Source: Centroscyllium fabricii
Taxonomy: Eukaryota
DNA: 64,000 nt
Assembly (NCBI GenBank): GCA_051313645.2
Contig: JBNRSN020000007.1
Coordinates: forward strand, 252,216,001 to 252,280,000
Reading direction: 5' to 3'
Shown here: positions 49,154 through 62,258 of the stretch, piece by piece
Numbering within the stretch: position 1 is the first letter of the stretch
How the letters are laid out: each line of letters opens with the position of its first letter
Translations under genes and position numbers: made by a program
Notes under the pieces: generated by a model
Databases searched by the model: none
Seen by the model: only the letters and a program-made list of their open reading frames with translations
Told to the model about the DNA's origin: nothing

Positions 49154-52100
49154 TGTAGCGCTTGCAGGACCCAAGAACCACACAGGAGCCGGAGAGACAG
49201 ATAACACTTGTTTAATTAACACTACATAGCAAGAAAGAGACTGAATCACGAGGAGCAGGCTTATTTAAACTACCCGCTTAGTGACCTCATCACGCTGAGA
49301 GACGTGGTGACGTCATCGCGTCACCCGGTGGGCGGGGCTATGCCCAGCAGAACTCCCGAGGCGGATTCGTCAGTCGGCGTACCGCCACACAGCTCCCCCC
49401 AGAATCCGTCCGAGAGGAGAAAGAGTCTATGTGAGGCGTTGTGGTGGCCGTAAAATGCGGCCGGCATGTGTCGTGCGTTGCTCCTGGTTCTGCGGTGGAG
49501 TGTGGGCGGGTGTTGGTGCGGGAGGGCGTCCGTGTTGAGGTGGTTGGGCGGGGACTGTTGTGTCGCCCGCTATAACGTGTGCCGGTTTTAGCCGGTCGAT
49601 AGAGACAGTTCCTGTCCGATTGCCCAGCTGTAGCTGAAAAGCTTTTGATCCCGCCCGAAGCACTCTGTAGGGGCCGTCATAAGGTGGCTGTAGTGGTGAG
49701 CGATGTGCGTCGTGCCGGACAAACACGTACCTTGCGTGCTTGATGCTGTCCGGTACACGTGCCGCCGGCTCTCCGTGCCGGGCCACCGGTAAGGGTGTGA
49801 ACGCTCGTGCCGGGTTGGCAAAGTCCTTGAGGAACTGGTCGGCCGACCAGGGAGCGTTTGATTCGGCGAGGAACTCGCCCGGCACTCTTAAAGTCTGGCC
49901 GTAGACGAGTTCCGCTGCTGAGGCGTGTAGATCTTCTTTGGCCGCCGAGCGTAGTCCGAGCAGTACCCACGGAAGCCGGTCAGTCCATGATGCGTCTTTG
50001 AGGCTGGCCCGCAGGGATGCTTTCATGGAGCGGTGGAACCTTTCGCAGAGCCCGTTAGCTTGTGGGTGGTATGCGGTGGTTCGATGCAGGGTCACCCCGA
50101 GGTCGCGGGCGATGGCCGTCCATAGTGCCGACGTAAATTGGGGACCTCTGTCCGACGTGATGTCGGTGGGCACGCCGAAACGGGCGACCCAGGTGGCGAT
50201 GAACGCCCTGGCCAAGTCCGTGGTGTTGGTAGCAACGAGGGGGACTGCTTCTGGCCAGCGAGTGTTGCGGTCGACCATGGTCATGACATGTGTGTGGCCC
50301 CGGGATGGTGGTAGTGGTCCGACGAGATCGACATGGACGTGGTCGAAGCATCTGGCCGGCACGGTAAATGTTTCCAGCGGGGCCCTTGATGTGCTTGTGC
50401 ACCTTGGCATGCTGGCAGGCGATGCAGGCATTGGTCCAGGCGCGGACGTCTTTGCGTAGGCCGCGCCACACAAAACGGGCCAAAATAAGTTTAATGGAGG
50501 CGCGGGAGCCGGGGTGGGACAGGCCATGGAGGGTCTCGAAAATGCGCTGCCTCCATGCGTGGGGGACGACGGGTCTGGGCTGCGGTAGCGATACATCGCA
50601 GCAGACTACGGTGGCCGCGGGGCCATGTGCGATGTTGGCCAAGCGTAGGCCAGGGAGGTTTTCTGCTGGGTCGAGCAGGTCTGGGTCTGCCAGCTGGTCT
50701 GCTGCCAGCTTGGCGTAGTCGACTGCCATTTGGGCGGCATTAATTGTGGGACGTGACAGGCAGTCAGCAACCATGTTGTCGCGGCCGGAGATGTGTTGGA
50801 TGTCGGTAGTAAACTCCGACACGGCTGCGAGTTGGCGCTGCTGCCTGGCCGACCAGGGTTCGGCGATCTTAGCCATTGCAAAAATGAGCGGCTTATGATC
50901 GACGAAAGCTGTGAAGGGACGGCCCTCCCGGAGGAAGTGAAAATGGCGCACCGCGAGGTAGAGAGCGAGGAGCTCCCTGCCGAAGGCGCTGTACTTAACC
51001 TCCGGGGGCCGTAGTTGCCGGCTGAAAAAGGCCAGGGGCTGCCAGGAGTTGCCCGTCCACTGTTCGAAAACGGCCCCGACAGCGTGGTTGGAGGCGTCAG
51101 TGGTGAGGGCCACTCTGGCGTTGGGCCTGGGGTGGGCTAGGAGGGTGGCGTTGGCCAGGGCGGTCTTGGTTGCGGTAAAGGCGGTGGCGGCGTCGGCCGT
51201 CCACTCGACCGCAGTTTTGCCGGACTGCCCGCGTGTGACCTGGTATAGGGGAGCCATGAGAGCGGCTGCACCTGGGATGAAGCGGTTATAGAAGTTAACC
51301 ATCCCGAGGAACTCCTGCAGGCCCTTAATGGAGTGCGGGCGGGGGAATTCCTGAACTGCCTGCACTTTGGAGGGCAGGGGTATGGCCCCGGTTTTGGAAA
51401 TGCGGTGGCCGAGGAAGTCTATGATCTCTAGGCCGAATTTGCATTTAGAGGGGCTTAATATGAGGCCGTGTTCGGTTAGGCGCTGGAACAGGGTCCTGAG
51501 ATGCAGGAGGTGCTCCTGGGGGGAGGTGCTGGCCACGAGGATGTCGTCTAAGTAGACGAAAATGAACTGCAAGTCCCGTAGGACCGAGTCCCTTAGGCGC
51601 TGAAAGGCCTGAGCCGCGTTTTTGAGTCCAAAGGGCATCCTGAGGAACTCGAACAGGCCGAAGGGGGTAATTACGGCTGTCTTAGGGACATCCGTCGGGT
51701 GCACCGGGACCTGGTGGTAGCCACGCACCAGGTCGATCTTGGAGAAGATCGTGCAGCCCGCTAGCCTGGCGGAGAAATCCTGGATGTGGGGTACGGGGTA
51801 CCTATCCGGGGTGGTGGCGTTGTTGAGGCGGCGGTAGTCGCCGCAGGGGCGCCAACCCCCGCCCGGCTTGGGGGCGATGTGGAGGGGAGAGGCCCAGGGG
51901 CTGCTGGAGCGGCGGATTATGCCGAGTTGCTCCATGGTGCGGAACTCGGTGCGCGCAATCTCCAGCTTGGCCGGGTCCAGCCTGCGGGCGTGGGCATGCA
52001 CGGGAGGGCCGGTGGTGGTGATGAAGTGTTCCACCCCGTGTTTGGCCGTGTGGGCGGTGAAGGTGGGATTGGTAAGGGCTGGGAACTCAGCGAGGAGCGT

Positions 52101-53580
52101 GCCGTACGCGTCAGAGTTCCGGGCGCGGCATTGTGCCGCCGCGTGGGCCAGGAGTGCGGGCCCTGTGGAGCATGGGATGGTCGACATATTGTGAATGTCG
52201 ACCAGGCTGCGCCGGGTCATGTCGACCAGGAGGCCGTGGGCGCAGAGGAAATCTGCCCCGAGGAGGGGAGAAGTGACCTGGGCCGTAACAAACTCCCAGT
52301 GGTACGTGTGGCCGGCAAGTTGGATTGTGAGCTTGCGGGTGCCGTACGTTTTGATATCCGAGCCGTTGGCAGCCGCGAGTGGCGGGCCCCGGGTGCCTTT
52401 TTTGGCTTCTGCGGGGGAGGCTGGCACGATGCTGTGCTGTGCGCCTGTGTCGCAGAGGAACCGGAGGCCTGTGCCGCTGTCTGTGACGTAGAGCAGTGCT
52501 CCGGTGTGTCCTACAGACATAGTGGGGGCTGGGCCGGGCCGTGGCTTGAATGTGCAGGGCTGGACGCAGCGGTGCGCTTTGGTGTCGAACCGCGTGTGGT
52601 AGTAGCACCAACCGGTGCTTGATGGACGCGGTAGCTTGGGAGGGCGCGGGGGCCTGGGTTCAGGCGTTGGGTTGGACCTGGGGGGCGAGTGGTTGTGCTC
52701 GACTGCCGCGGCAGTGAGGTCGCACGTGGCGGAGTGGGTGCGCTCGGCCGCCATGAGCCTGTCGGCCTCCTCGGCTAGCTCGTCCCCGCTCTGGTGGCAG
52801 AAGGCCACCAGGGCCGGTCTGATGGAGCGGGGCAATTTAAGGAGGAATATGGTGCGGAACAGGGAGGCGGGATCGGCGGTGAGCGCTTGCATTTGGCCCC
52901 AAAGGTCCGATGGGTCTGCGTCCCCGAGTTCAGGGAGGTTAAGGAGTTGGCAGTCGCGCTCGAACTGGGAGGGGGTGAAGTTTTTAAGTAGCGCGGCCTT
53001 GAGGAACTCATACCTGCCCGCTGCGGGCACGCGCTGAAGCTTCGACCACATCCGATCGATCGTAGATTGCGGTAGGGCCGAGAAGACCAGGTCGTAGCGG
53101 TCGTCCCCCTGGATGCCATGTGTGCGGCAGCTGGTCTCTATGCACATAAACCACGCTGCCGGGCATTGCTCCCAGAACTCCGGTAGAGTTAGTCTGTGCC
53201 CGGGGTTCTGGCCAAGTCCTTGTGATCGAGAAGCTTGGTTTCTTGAAGACATGTTGTTTTTTGGAAGTGTGCTGAGGCTGCTTGGTTTTCAGTCCTGTAG
53301 CTGCTGTTTTCTTCTTGGAAGACGTTCCAAGTCGGGGTCACCACTGTAGCGCTTGCAGGACCCAAGAACCACACAGGAGCCGGAGAGACAGATAACACTT
53401 GTTTAATTAACACTACATAGCAAGAAAGAGACTGAACCACGAGGAGCAGGCTTATTTAAACTACCCGCTTAGTGACCTCATCACGCCGAGAGACGTGGTG
53501 ACGTCATCGCGTTACCCGGTGGGCGGGGCTATGCCCCGCAGAACTCCCGAGGCGGATTCGTCAGTCGGCGTACCGCCACA
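49154..53580 (-). mobile_element. CsRn1-lineage Ty3/Gypsy LTR retrotransposon, full length
   Basis: 236-bp LTRs at 49154-49389 and 53345-53580 (4 differences by eye). 4-bp TSD ATAT. tRNA-Trp PBS TGGTGACCCCGAC. PPT TGGGGGAGC. Gag CHCC motif [18 protein letters not shown]. Confidence 0.95.
49427..53252 (-). CDS. gag-pol polyprotein of CsRn1-like element, one +1 frameshift near 50383-50385
   Basis: Gag, protease (CDTGA), RT (YLDD), RNase H (TDAS), integrase (HHCC, VDLVGP, SDRG, GLCERFH, GPY motif) in two overlapping ORFs. Confidence 0.9.
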
Positions 53581-54074
53581 ATATCACTATACACACAGCT
53601 ACATTGTCTGTGTACTGTGGTCCTGTCCTGTCTTTATAAAACAGCAAATTGGAGATCCACCAGCACACAGCATACAAAACACACTGGCTGAGAAAGGCGT
53701 GCATTCTACATTTTGTCGACGATCATTAGTATCTTTTGCAATCTTCTTTGAATTTGTATCTCTATCCTACTCTTCCTTGCAGTGAATATCTATCCTATAT
53801 GTTTTCTCACTAAGTAGTGGAGTTTACAATATAAATTTATAATTCAGGTTATATTTATGTTTTGAATAGTCTGCTATTCTAAGAGCTGAAATGAGCATTT
53901 TTGCCTTGTTCTTGGAAAGTTGAAGGTCTGTTGTTAAATCTATAATGCATAATTCTGGTAAGGTTCGCATCTCCATTATTGTAACAGTGCCAAGGATCTC
54001 AAAGTCTTGCCAGAACAGAGCTATTACAGTATATCTCCTGCATGTGGAGCAAGGCCCTGCCTGCCTTTGTACAT

Positions 54075-54935
54075 GTCAGCTGTGGAAGCACACTCGCCGG
54101 TGAGTCAGAAGGTTGCAGGGCAGCACGGTGGCATAGTGGTTAGCACTGTTGCCTCACAGCGCCATGGGGTCTGGGTTCAAATCCAGCCTCGGGTACTATC
54201 TGTGTGGAGTTTGCACATTCTCCCCGTGTCTGCGTGGGTTTCCTCTGGGTGCTCCGGTTTCCTCCCACAGTCCAAAGATGTACGGGTTAGGTGGATTGGC
54301 CATGATAAATTGACCCTTAGTGTTAGGGGGTTTGAATATGTGGGGTTACGGCGATAGGGTGGGACATGTGTCGGTGCAGGCTCGATAGGGATTGAGGGAT
54401 ATGGGGACAAGGCAGGGACAGCATACTGGGTTTTGGATGATCAGCCATTATCTCATTGAATGGCGGAGCAGGCTCGAAGGGCCGAATGGCCTACTCCTGC
54501 TTCTAGTTTCTATGTTTCTATGAGTTCAAGTCCCACTCCAGGGACTTGAGCACATAAAGCTAGGCTGACAGACCAGTGTAGTACTGAGCGAACGCTGCAC
54601 TGTCAGAGGTGCCGTCTTTCAGATGAGACATTAAACCGAGGCCCCGTCTGCTCTCTCAGGTGGACGTAAAGAATCCTATGGCACTATTTCGAAGAAGAGC
54701 AGGGGAGTTCTCCCCGGTGTCCTGGCCAATATATCTCCCTCAACCAACATAACAAAAACAGATTATCTGGTCATCATCACATTGCTGTTTGTGGGAACTT
54801 GCTGTGCGCAAATTGGCTGCTGCGTTTCCCACATTACAACAGTGACTCCACTGCAAAAGTACTTCATTGGCTGTAAAGCGCTTTGAGACGTCCGGTGGTC
54901 ATGAAAGGCGCAATATAAATGCAAGTCTTTCTTTT
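54075..54935 (+). mobile_element. Deu-domain SINE with a full-length HE1 V-SINE (54118-54522) inserted in its tRNA head
   Basis: Deu SINE head (gagtcagaaggttg) resumes at gagttcaagtccc after the HE1 tail. Confidence 0.85.
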
Positions 54936-55309
54936 ATGCTTTCTTTCAGCACATGAAATTCAGTCAATATCGACAATTTGTAGTTGAATAAGTACATTCT
55001 AGATCATTCTGGATCATACAGAGGGAGCGATCAACATGTCTACACTTATTCCATTTCTTTTGTGTCAGCATGTCTTGCTTCCCGACATTACGTACACTGT
55101 ACGCTATTAATGCAAAATCCAATTTTGCCCAACTTCCCAAACTGAAACAGAATGCTGGAAAAACTCAGCAGGCCAGGCAACATCTGTGAAGAGAGAAATT
55201 AGAGTCAACTTTTCAGGTCGGGACCCTTTGTCAAGACCCCTTTCGGATTTTCAGCATCTGCAGTATTTTGCGATTGTTCCCAAGTTGAGACTGAATCATT
55301 CTGCATTCG

Positions 55310-55955
55310 ATCAGGACTGGACAGACTAGATGCAGGAAGGATGTTCCCAATGGCGGGGGAGTCCAGAACCAGGGGTCACAGTCTAAGGATAAGGGGTAAG
55401 CCATTTAGGACAGAGATGAGGAGGAATTTCTTCACCCAGTGAGTGGTGAACCTCTGGAATTATCTACCACACAAGGCAGTTGAGGCCAATTCATCAAATA
55501 TATTCAAGAATGAGTTGGATATTGTTTTGTTTTGTATTTGTGGGTTCCAAAGACTACACATATATGAAGGAGAATGTTGTTTAATCTGAAGTATATACAA
55601 GTAACTTACAGCTTTAACATGAGGCTTTTATACAGGCTGTACAGAGTCTCCATCTTAGCGATCCAACTTAAACTGAAACCAAAACGAACTCACTTTTTGT
55701 CCATGCCCTCTGCTGGTCAGGCATAGATAATCAAACAGGCAACTATGATTACTGCTAGTTAGGCATAGGTAGTCAAACAAGCAAACATGATCACATATCA
55801 TTACAGATATATTCCTTAAGGCTCAAGGGATATGGGGAGAAGGCAGGGACAGGGTACTGAGTTTGGATGATCAGCCATGATCTCATTGAATGGCGGAGCA
55901 GGCTTGAGAGGCCGAATGGCCTACTCCTGCTCCTATCTTCTATATTTCTATGTTC
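55310..55955 (+). mobile_element. CR1/HER1 3' fragment interrupted by a solo LTR
   Basis: TRGH, FFTQ motifs and HER1 tail, continuous across 55523-55805. Confidence 0.85.
55523..55805 (-). mobile_element. Solo LTR (283 bp)
   Basis: TG...CA termini, 5-bp TSD GATAT, TATAAA and ATTAAA on the minus strand, same terminal 11-mer (TGTAATGATAT) as the nested Gypsy LTR. Confidence 0.85.
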
Positions 55956-56250
55956 ATAGTTTGTGTTCAGCCAGAACCTCTAATTTCACAAAAAATGTTT
56001 TAAAATGTATAACTTAAGAATCGCCAACCTATAATTTTTTAACTTCCTCCAAGATCAGGCCTTTCTCATACAGATTCCTGTACGACATCATTCCGTGAAG
56101 GTGCAAGGTTTGGAATCTCTTTTTAAAAACTGAATTGTTACAGAATGACCACCGACATAAGAAAATCACATTTTAGCATTTCTGCCACTGATTTAAGGTA
56201 TCTCGAATTACTGAATATATAAACATACAAAAAGGACAAGAAAAGACCAT

Positions 56251-56976
56251 GGGGGAAAAATTGGGTTACACCCCGTTTGGGGCGCTAACCTCGGAAAGTA
56301 GTGCCTCGAAAAAGTTAGCGCCGTTCCGCCGTAAATTGGATTTTAGCACCCCGAGTAGGAGGTGGGGCGATACTGCAGGCGCCCCACCTCACTCCTTGGG
56401 CGCAACAACTGAATTTCGGGCCAGTGTGTGCTGCTGCACCACGCTCTGCAGCACGCCGCGCCGCGGTACTGCAGGCCTCCCTCCCCTTCTTAAAAGGGAG
56501 TGGCCTAGCGTGGCGCGGCCCAGAGCCCCGCTGGACTGCTGGGGATCGGAGTGCCGGCAAAGGAGCCCGGCACTCGAGGGAAGTACCAGGCTCACGGAGC
56601 ACAGCCAGCACTCCGCGGGAGGGCATCGGGGAAGGCCGGGGATGGCAGAGGGTGCAGGTGCAGCAAGAAAAATGGCCGCCCGCCACCCCCCCGCTTTAAA
56701 TAGTGCTGGTCCGGCTGCAACTATGTCCCCCTGACTCAGTCGATGACAGCGTCCAGCGCTAAGTCAGGGGACACGACTGAAGTTCGAGGCCGGGGCATGA
56801 GTGAGGCGCTGTGCATCGCGATGACGTCATCGCCACGGGCGCTACCGGCTGCCGCCGCCGCCAGCACCCCACTGAATATCACAGGAGGCGCCAGCCCAGG
56901 CGCTAGGTGCCTTGTGCCCCATTAGCAGCTCTCCTAGGGCGCTAACGTCTGGCGCAAGCCACCCAATTTTTCCCCT
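56251..56976. mobile_element. GC-rich MITE (Harbinger-like)
   Basis: TIR GGGGAAAAATTGGGT / ACCCAATTTTTCCCC, 3-bp duplication CAT, repeated GGCGCTA motifs. Confidence 0.78.
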
Positions 56977-57609
56977 CATTAGTCCTCCCGATGCTCATCG
57001 TATCAATCAGGCAGTGTAACGTTACGCTTCACCATCCTGAATCATTGCACCTGTGAAGACAAACACGAGGAAATGTATCTGTGGCCAATTCCAGGAAATT
57101 TCTTCGTGACTCCAAGTCAATTGAGCAAGATGCATGGCTACCCATGACGCATCATTAGATGTACTTAATTAACCCCTGCCCCTTCCCCTCCCCCCCACAC
57201 CACTATGACATGCTCTTTGGATGTCTTTCTGAAACTCTTGGCTCTATGACATGGTGTATAATAAATCAGGCATTTAAACAATGGAGTGATTATGCCATAA
57301 ACAGTTGAATTAAAAAATTGATCCCTAAATAATGTTACTGTGATGTGAAGCAGCACCACTGGAAATAAACACATTTTTTAAGATTTAGATTCACAAAATA
57401 TACTGTTATTGACCACAAACAGCTTGTTGCTGCAGTCTCTCTCTTGCACAACGTATTCAACCATTCCCGAGTTTATGGGGATATAATCCATTTAAACAGG
57501 ATGATTAACCTTTTAATAGTGCTGGTTGACAACAACAGAAATTGCTGAAAGCAAGTTCTTAAAGTAAATTCAAACTTTATGGCACAGTGCAGGGTCTCTC
57601 CGTACCTGG

Positions 57610-57730
57610 CATGATGAAGGAGCTACGCTCCGAAAGCTTGTGATTTCAAATAAAACTGTTGGACTATAACCTGGTGTTGTGTGACTTCTTGCAATTGTCC
57701 ACCCCAGTCCAACACCGGCACCTCCGCATC
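57610..57730 (+). mobile_element. Solo Penelope pLTR fragment
   Basis: Same pLTR sequence as 31871-31996. Confidence 0.8.
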
Positions 57731-58324
57731 ATACCTGGCTTTTGCCCTTGTTTATGCCAGCAGAAATTAAATTATGGCACAACCTCATCGCTACATCTTG
57801 CCAGTTTGGTAAAGCGACTTTGCGGACTGGTTTCATTGCAAGTAACTGACGCCCCTTGATCAGCTTTACTCCGTTGTTGGAAGTGTGAAATGGTGTCTCT
57901 TATTTATTCATCCTAAAACAATGTGCTGTCTGCACAAAGTTGCAGGAGGTCAGAACGTCTCCAGTATGCTGTAGCCTTGTTGTGCCATGGAGTGGTAGGG
58001 TGTGCAGCTGGAGCTGCATTCTTCCCCTTGAATTCAACCATGCCACAATGGGGAGATGCAGACTGGGTTCTTGGTTGGCAATTTCAGGCCAGCAAACTGC
58101 CCAACCACCCTCTGCCAGGGATAGTTGGCGACATGAGGACATGTAAGCAATGAGAAGAGGTGAACTACAACTAAAATTAAAGTAACTCACACTTCCGTGT
58201 TGTAATGCATGTTTCTCAGTTGATCATTTTAAATAACCTGATAATAGACTTCAAGACTCCTCTGGGCTTTTTTGACAGAACTTCTCCAATAAACAGACAT
58301 TAATATAGCACATAATATAGCCCT

Positions 58325-60255
58325 GAACTAGACAATTTCATTCACTTCGCCTCCAATTTCCATCCTTCCCTCACCTTCACATGGTCCATCTCCGACTCTT
58401 CCCTTCCCATCCACAACTTTTCCATCTCCATCTCTGGGGATAGGTTATTGACCAACATTCACTACAAGCCGATAAGTCTCGATAAAGGAAACTACCCGAA
58501 ACGTTGACTCTGTGTTTCTCTCCACCGATGCTGCCTGAACTGCTGAGTTCTTCCAGCATTTTCTGTTGTTTTTTCACTACAAGCCCACTGACTCCCACAG
58601 CTAGCTGGACTACACTTCCTCCCACCGTGCCTCCTGCAAGGACTCTATTCCATTTTCCCAGTTTCTCTGTCTCATCTGCTCTGATGATGCCACCTTCCAC
58701 ACCAGTGCTTCAGACATGTCTTCCTTTTTCCTCAACCGAGGATTCCCCTCTACCGTGGTTGACACGGCCCTCGACCGCGTCCGTTCTATCTCCCGAACTT
58801 CTGCCCTCACCCCTGCCCCTCGGAACCACGATAGGGTTCCTCTTGTCCTCACCTTTCACCCCACCAGCCTCCACATTCAACAGATCATCCTCCGCCAGCT
58901 CCAATGTGTTCCCACCACCAAACACATCTTCCCCTCACCTCCCCTTTCAGCATTCCGTAGGGACTGCTCCCTCTGAGACACCCTGGTCCACTCCTCTATC
59001 ACCCCCAGCACCCCTTCACATTCGCCCGGTACCTTCCCGTGCAAGTGCAGGAGATGCAACACCTGCCCTTATACCTCCCCCATTCCCACTGTCTAGGGCC
59101 CCAAACACCCCTTCCAGGTGAAACAGCGATTTACTTGTACTTCTGCAATCTAGTATACTGTATTCACTGCTCATGATGTGGTCGTCTCTACATTGGGGAG
59201 ACCAAATGCAGATTGGGTGACCGCTTTGCGGAACACCTCCGTTCAGTCTGCAAGGGTGACCCCGAGCTTCCGGTCGCCTGTCATTTCCATTTACTGCCCC
59301 ATTCCCACTCAGACCTCACCGTCCACGGCCTCTTGCATTGTTCCACGGAAGCTCAGCATAAGCTCGAGGAACAGCATCTCATCTTCCGATTAGGCACTTT
59401 ACAGCCTTCCGGACTCAATATAGAGTTCAACAATTTCAGATCATAACCTCGGCCCCCATCATATTTTTATCCACACTTTTGGTTTGTGCCTTTTCCTTTT
59501 CCTCTCCCCCACATGGCAGCGGTCTCTCATTCTGCCAGCGCATTTCACACTTCATCCTTTGTCTCTTTACCTGTCCTATTACCATCTTGTCTCGCCTTGA
59601 ATATCTCTTAATGTCTCTTCACCTCTCACAGTACTTCCCTTTTGTTTTTCATCCCCTCCCCCAATTCCCAGCTCCCAAACTTGCTTTTTGTGGGCGGCAC
59701 AGTGGCATAGTGGTTAGCACTGTTGCCTTACAGCACCGGAGACCCGGGTTCAAATCCGGCCTCGGGTGACTATCTGTGTGGAGTTTGCACATTCTCCCCG
59801 TGTCTGCGTGGGTTTCCTCCGGGCGCTCCGGTTTCCTCCCACAGTCCAAAGATGTGCGGGTTAGGTTGATTGGCCAGGATAAATTGACCCTTAGTGTTAG
59901 GGGGATTGAATATGTGGGGTTGCGGGGATAGGGTGGGATATGTGTCGGTGCAGGCTCGATAGGGGTCGAGGGATATGGGGAGAGGGTATGGGTGAGGTGC
60001 TGGGTTTGGATGATCAGCCATGATCTCATTGAATGGCGGAGCAGGCTCGAAGGGCCGAATGGCCTACTCCTGCTCCTATCTTCTATGTTTCTATGTTTCA
60101 ATCTGTTTCATTTCCTGCTTTTTTCTCAGCTCTGAAGGGTTTTGACCTGAAACGTTAACTCTGTTTCTCTCTCCACGAATGTTGCCCTGGCCTGCTGAGT
60201 TTTTCCAGCATTTTCTGTTGTTATTTCGGGTTTCCAGCATCCGCAGTATTTTGCT
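58325..60255 (+). mobile_element. Second Penelope-like family, decayed ORF plus pLTR, with an HE1 SINE inserted
   Basis: FHPSLTFT, YKP, RVPLVLTFHP, YIGET..RLGDRFAEH (GIY-YIG), IFRLGTLQPSGLNIEF. pLTR at about 60125-60255. Confidence 0.8.
59692..60098 (+). mobile_element. HE1-type V-SINE, full length
   Basis: tRNA head, V-domain, HER1 tail. Confidence 0.92.
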
Positions 60256-60658
60256 ATCGTATTAGTATATAGCACATCATCAGTTCTCTCAGAAACATCC
60301 CCTAAAGCGCTTTGCATACAATGAATTATGTTGAAGTGCAGTGAGTATTCGTTGACATACTGAGACCGGTCATCAATGATCGGAGTATCAGTACAGATTA
60401 GAACAAACAAGAAAACAAACCATTTAAAATCCTGTAGATGCCAAAAAAGCAAACTCTTCCATAAAGAAATCTCAATTAGTGAATCGCAACTTTATTTTTA
60501 AGGAGCTGGTACACAAGGGCTTCAAGCACACTTTATTTGCATGTTAAAATACATACAAGTACAAAATATAAAGAGTATTTATTAACATTGCATCTAGATT
60601 TATAAAGAGAAAAGACTTGCATTTATATAGCACCTTATCACATCCGAGGGGCCTCTTA

Positions 60659-61311
60659 TGCCCCGCTTTCACTGAGGCTACGAATATGCCGAATCGTCCC
60701 GAATCGAAATTCGTGGAGATTCGGCAAAAAATGACAAATTTCGTGGAGATTCGGGAGGAGGTACGAATTGATTACGAATTATTCGTGCCGAATGTCAAGA
60801 ATGGTTTAAGAAACAAGTACGAATTCAAAGAATCAGGTAAGAATTTAACGAATAAGGTACGACTCACTTACGAATGTGCCGAATTACTGTACGAATCCAC
60901 TACGACCGATTCGTACTTGATTCGTACTACATTCGGGACATTCGTGCCTGTTTCGTGATGTATTCGGCGTGGGTCCACGAATTTGAGGGAGTCACGAATG
61001 CCCAAGAATCGGCCAGAATGCAGAAGAAGCGATTACGAAGCAGTTACGAACGATAAGAAAGGGTTACGAACGATAAGAAAGGTTCACGAAGTGTTTACGA
61101 TGCATGTACGAATCTGAAATTCGTGAACCCTCCCACGAAAGTTTTTGACAAGCCAAAACATTCGTGCCAAATCGACGAACTCACGCGAACTGTACGAATG
61201 TTTAGGAATCAACTACGAATCATTTAAGAACTGCAAGAATTGTCTACGAACCGGAAAAATTTCAGATTCGGGACCAATCGGGATTTTCGTAGCCTCAGTG
61301 AAAGCGGGGCA
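60659..61311. mobile_element. CpG-rich Harbinger-type MITE
   Basis: 26-bp TIR TGCCCCGCTTTCACTGAGGCTACGAA, TSD TTA, many ACGAA/TTCGT subrepeats. Related internal fragment at about 63562-63812. Confidence 0.88.
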
Positions 61312-62017
61312 TTAAAGCATGTCATACAGATTACTTTTGAAGTGCAATTACTATTGCTATGTAAGCAAATGTGGCAGCCAATCTGAGCACAGCAAGGTCC
61401 CACAGACAGCAATATGATGAATGGCTGGCTAATCTGTTTTGGTGGTGTTCGCAGCGGGATTAATGTTGACCAGAATGCCAAGAAAACTCTCTGCTCTTCT
61501 TTGATAGTCACATGGGATCTATAACATCCAACTGTTTCAATCTGTTTCTCTCTCCACGGATGTTGCCTGGCCTGCTGAGTTTTTCCAGCATTTTCTGCAC
61601 CAGAAGATAGGTCTGCTGTTTAATGTCACTTCCAACGATGCAGCACCCTCAAAACTGCACTTGAGTGATAACTTAAAAAAGAACTTGAATCTATATTGTG
61701 CCTCATCATATCATGTGCTTGCATACCACAAAGTGCTTTACAACCAATGAATTACTTTTGAAGTGCCGTCACAGTTGTTACATGGACAAATGCAATAGCT
61801 AATTTGCACACAAGGTCCCATAGACTTTAAATGATATAAGTGACCAGGTTTTGGTCAAGTTGGTTGCGGGAGGAACGCAATTGGGAGACGGATTTCCACA
61901 TTCTCTATACAGGTAATATTAAATACCGCACCTTTAAGGAACTACTGATGTATTGGTTAAAGTTGTACTGTAATTACTCCAGTTCAAGACAGCTATACTG
62001 ACCTCATTAAATGAAGT

Positions 62018-62258
62018 GGAGGTGCCGGTGTTGGACTGGGGTGGACAATTGCAAGAAGTCACACAACACCAGATTATACTCAACAGTTTTATTTTAAATC
62101 ACAAGCTTTCGGAGCGTTCGCCCCTTCATCAGGTGGAAAGAGAGACTGTTCTTTAAGTCAGTCTCTCTCTTTCCACCTGACGAAGGGGCGAACGCTCTGA
62201 AAGCTTGTGATTTAAAATAAAACTGTTGGACTATAATCTGGTGTTGTGTGACTTCTTG
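62018..62258. mobile_element. Short fold-back Penelope-derived element with a hammerhead motif in each arm
   Basis: About 95-bp inverted arms, 14-bp TSD tcattaaatgaagt, hammerhead cores at 62099-62135 (-) and 62174-62210 (+). Confidence 0.88.

Noticed and set aside
51786-53037. Long antisense ORFs in the CsRn1 element
   Set aside because: Expected shadow ORFs of GC-rich coding DNA, with no recognisable domain.
56249-56925. CpG-island promoter or first exon of a host gene
   Set aside because: Bounded exactly by TIRs and a 3-bp duplication, and the ORFs have no recognisable homology.
59692-59770. tRNA genes (also at about 27100-27178, 54118-54195, 22250-22315)
   Set aside because: These are tRNA-derived SINE heads followed by V or Deu domains.
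60617-61056. Bacteria-like CpG-rich ORFs suggesting contamination or HGT
   Set aside because: Lies between TIRs with a TTA TSD and consists of ACGAA subrepeats, so it is a MITE.
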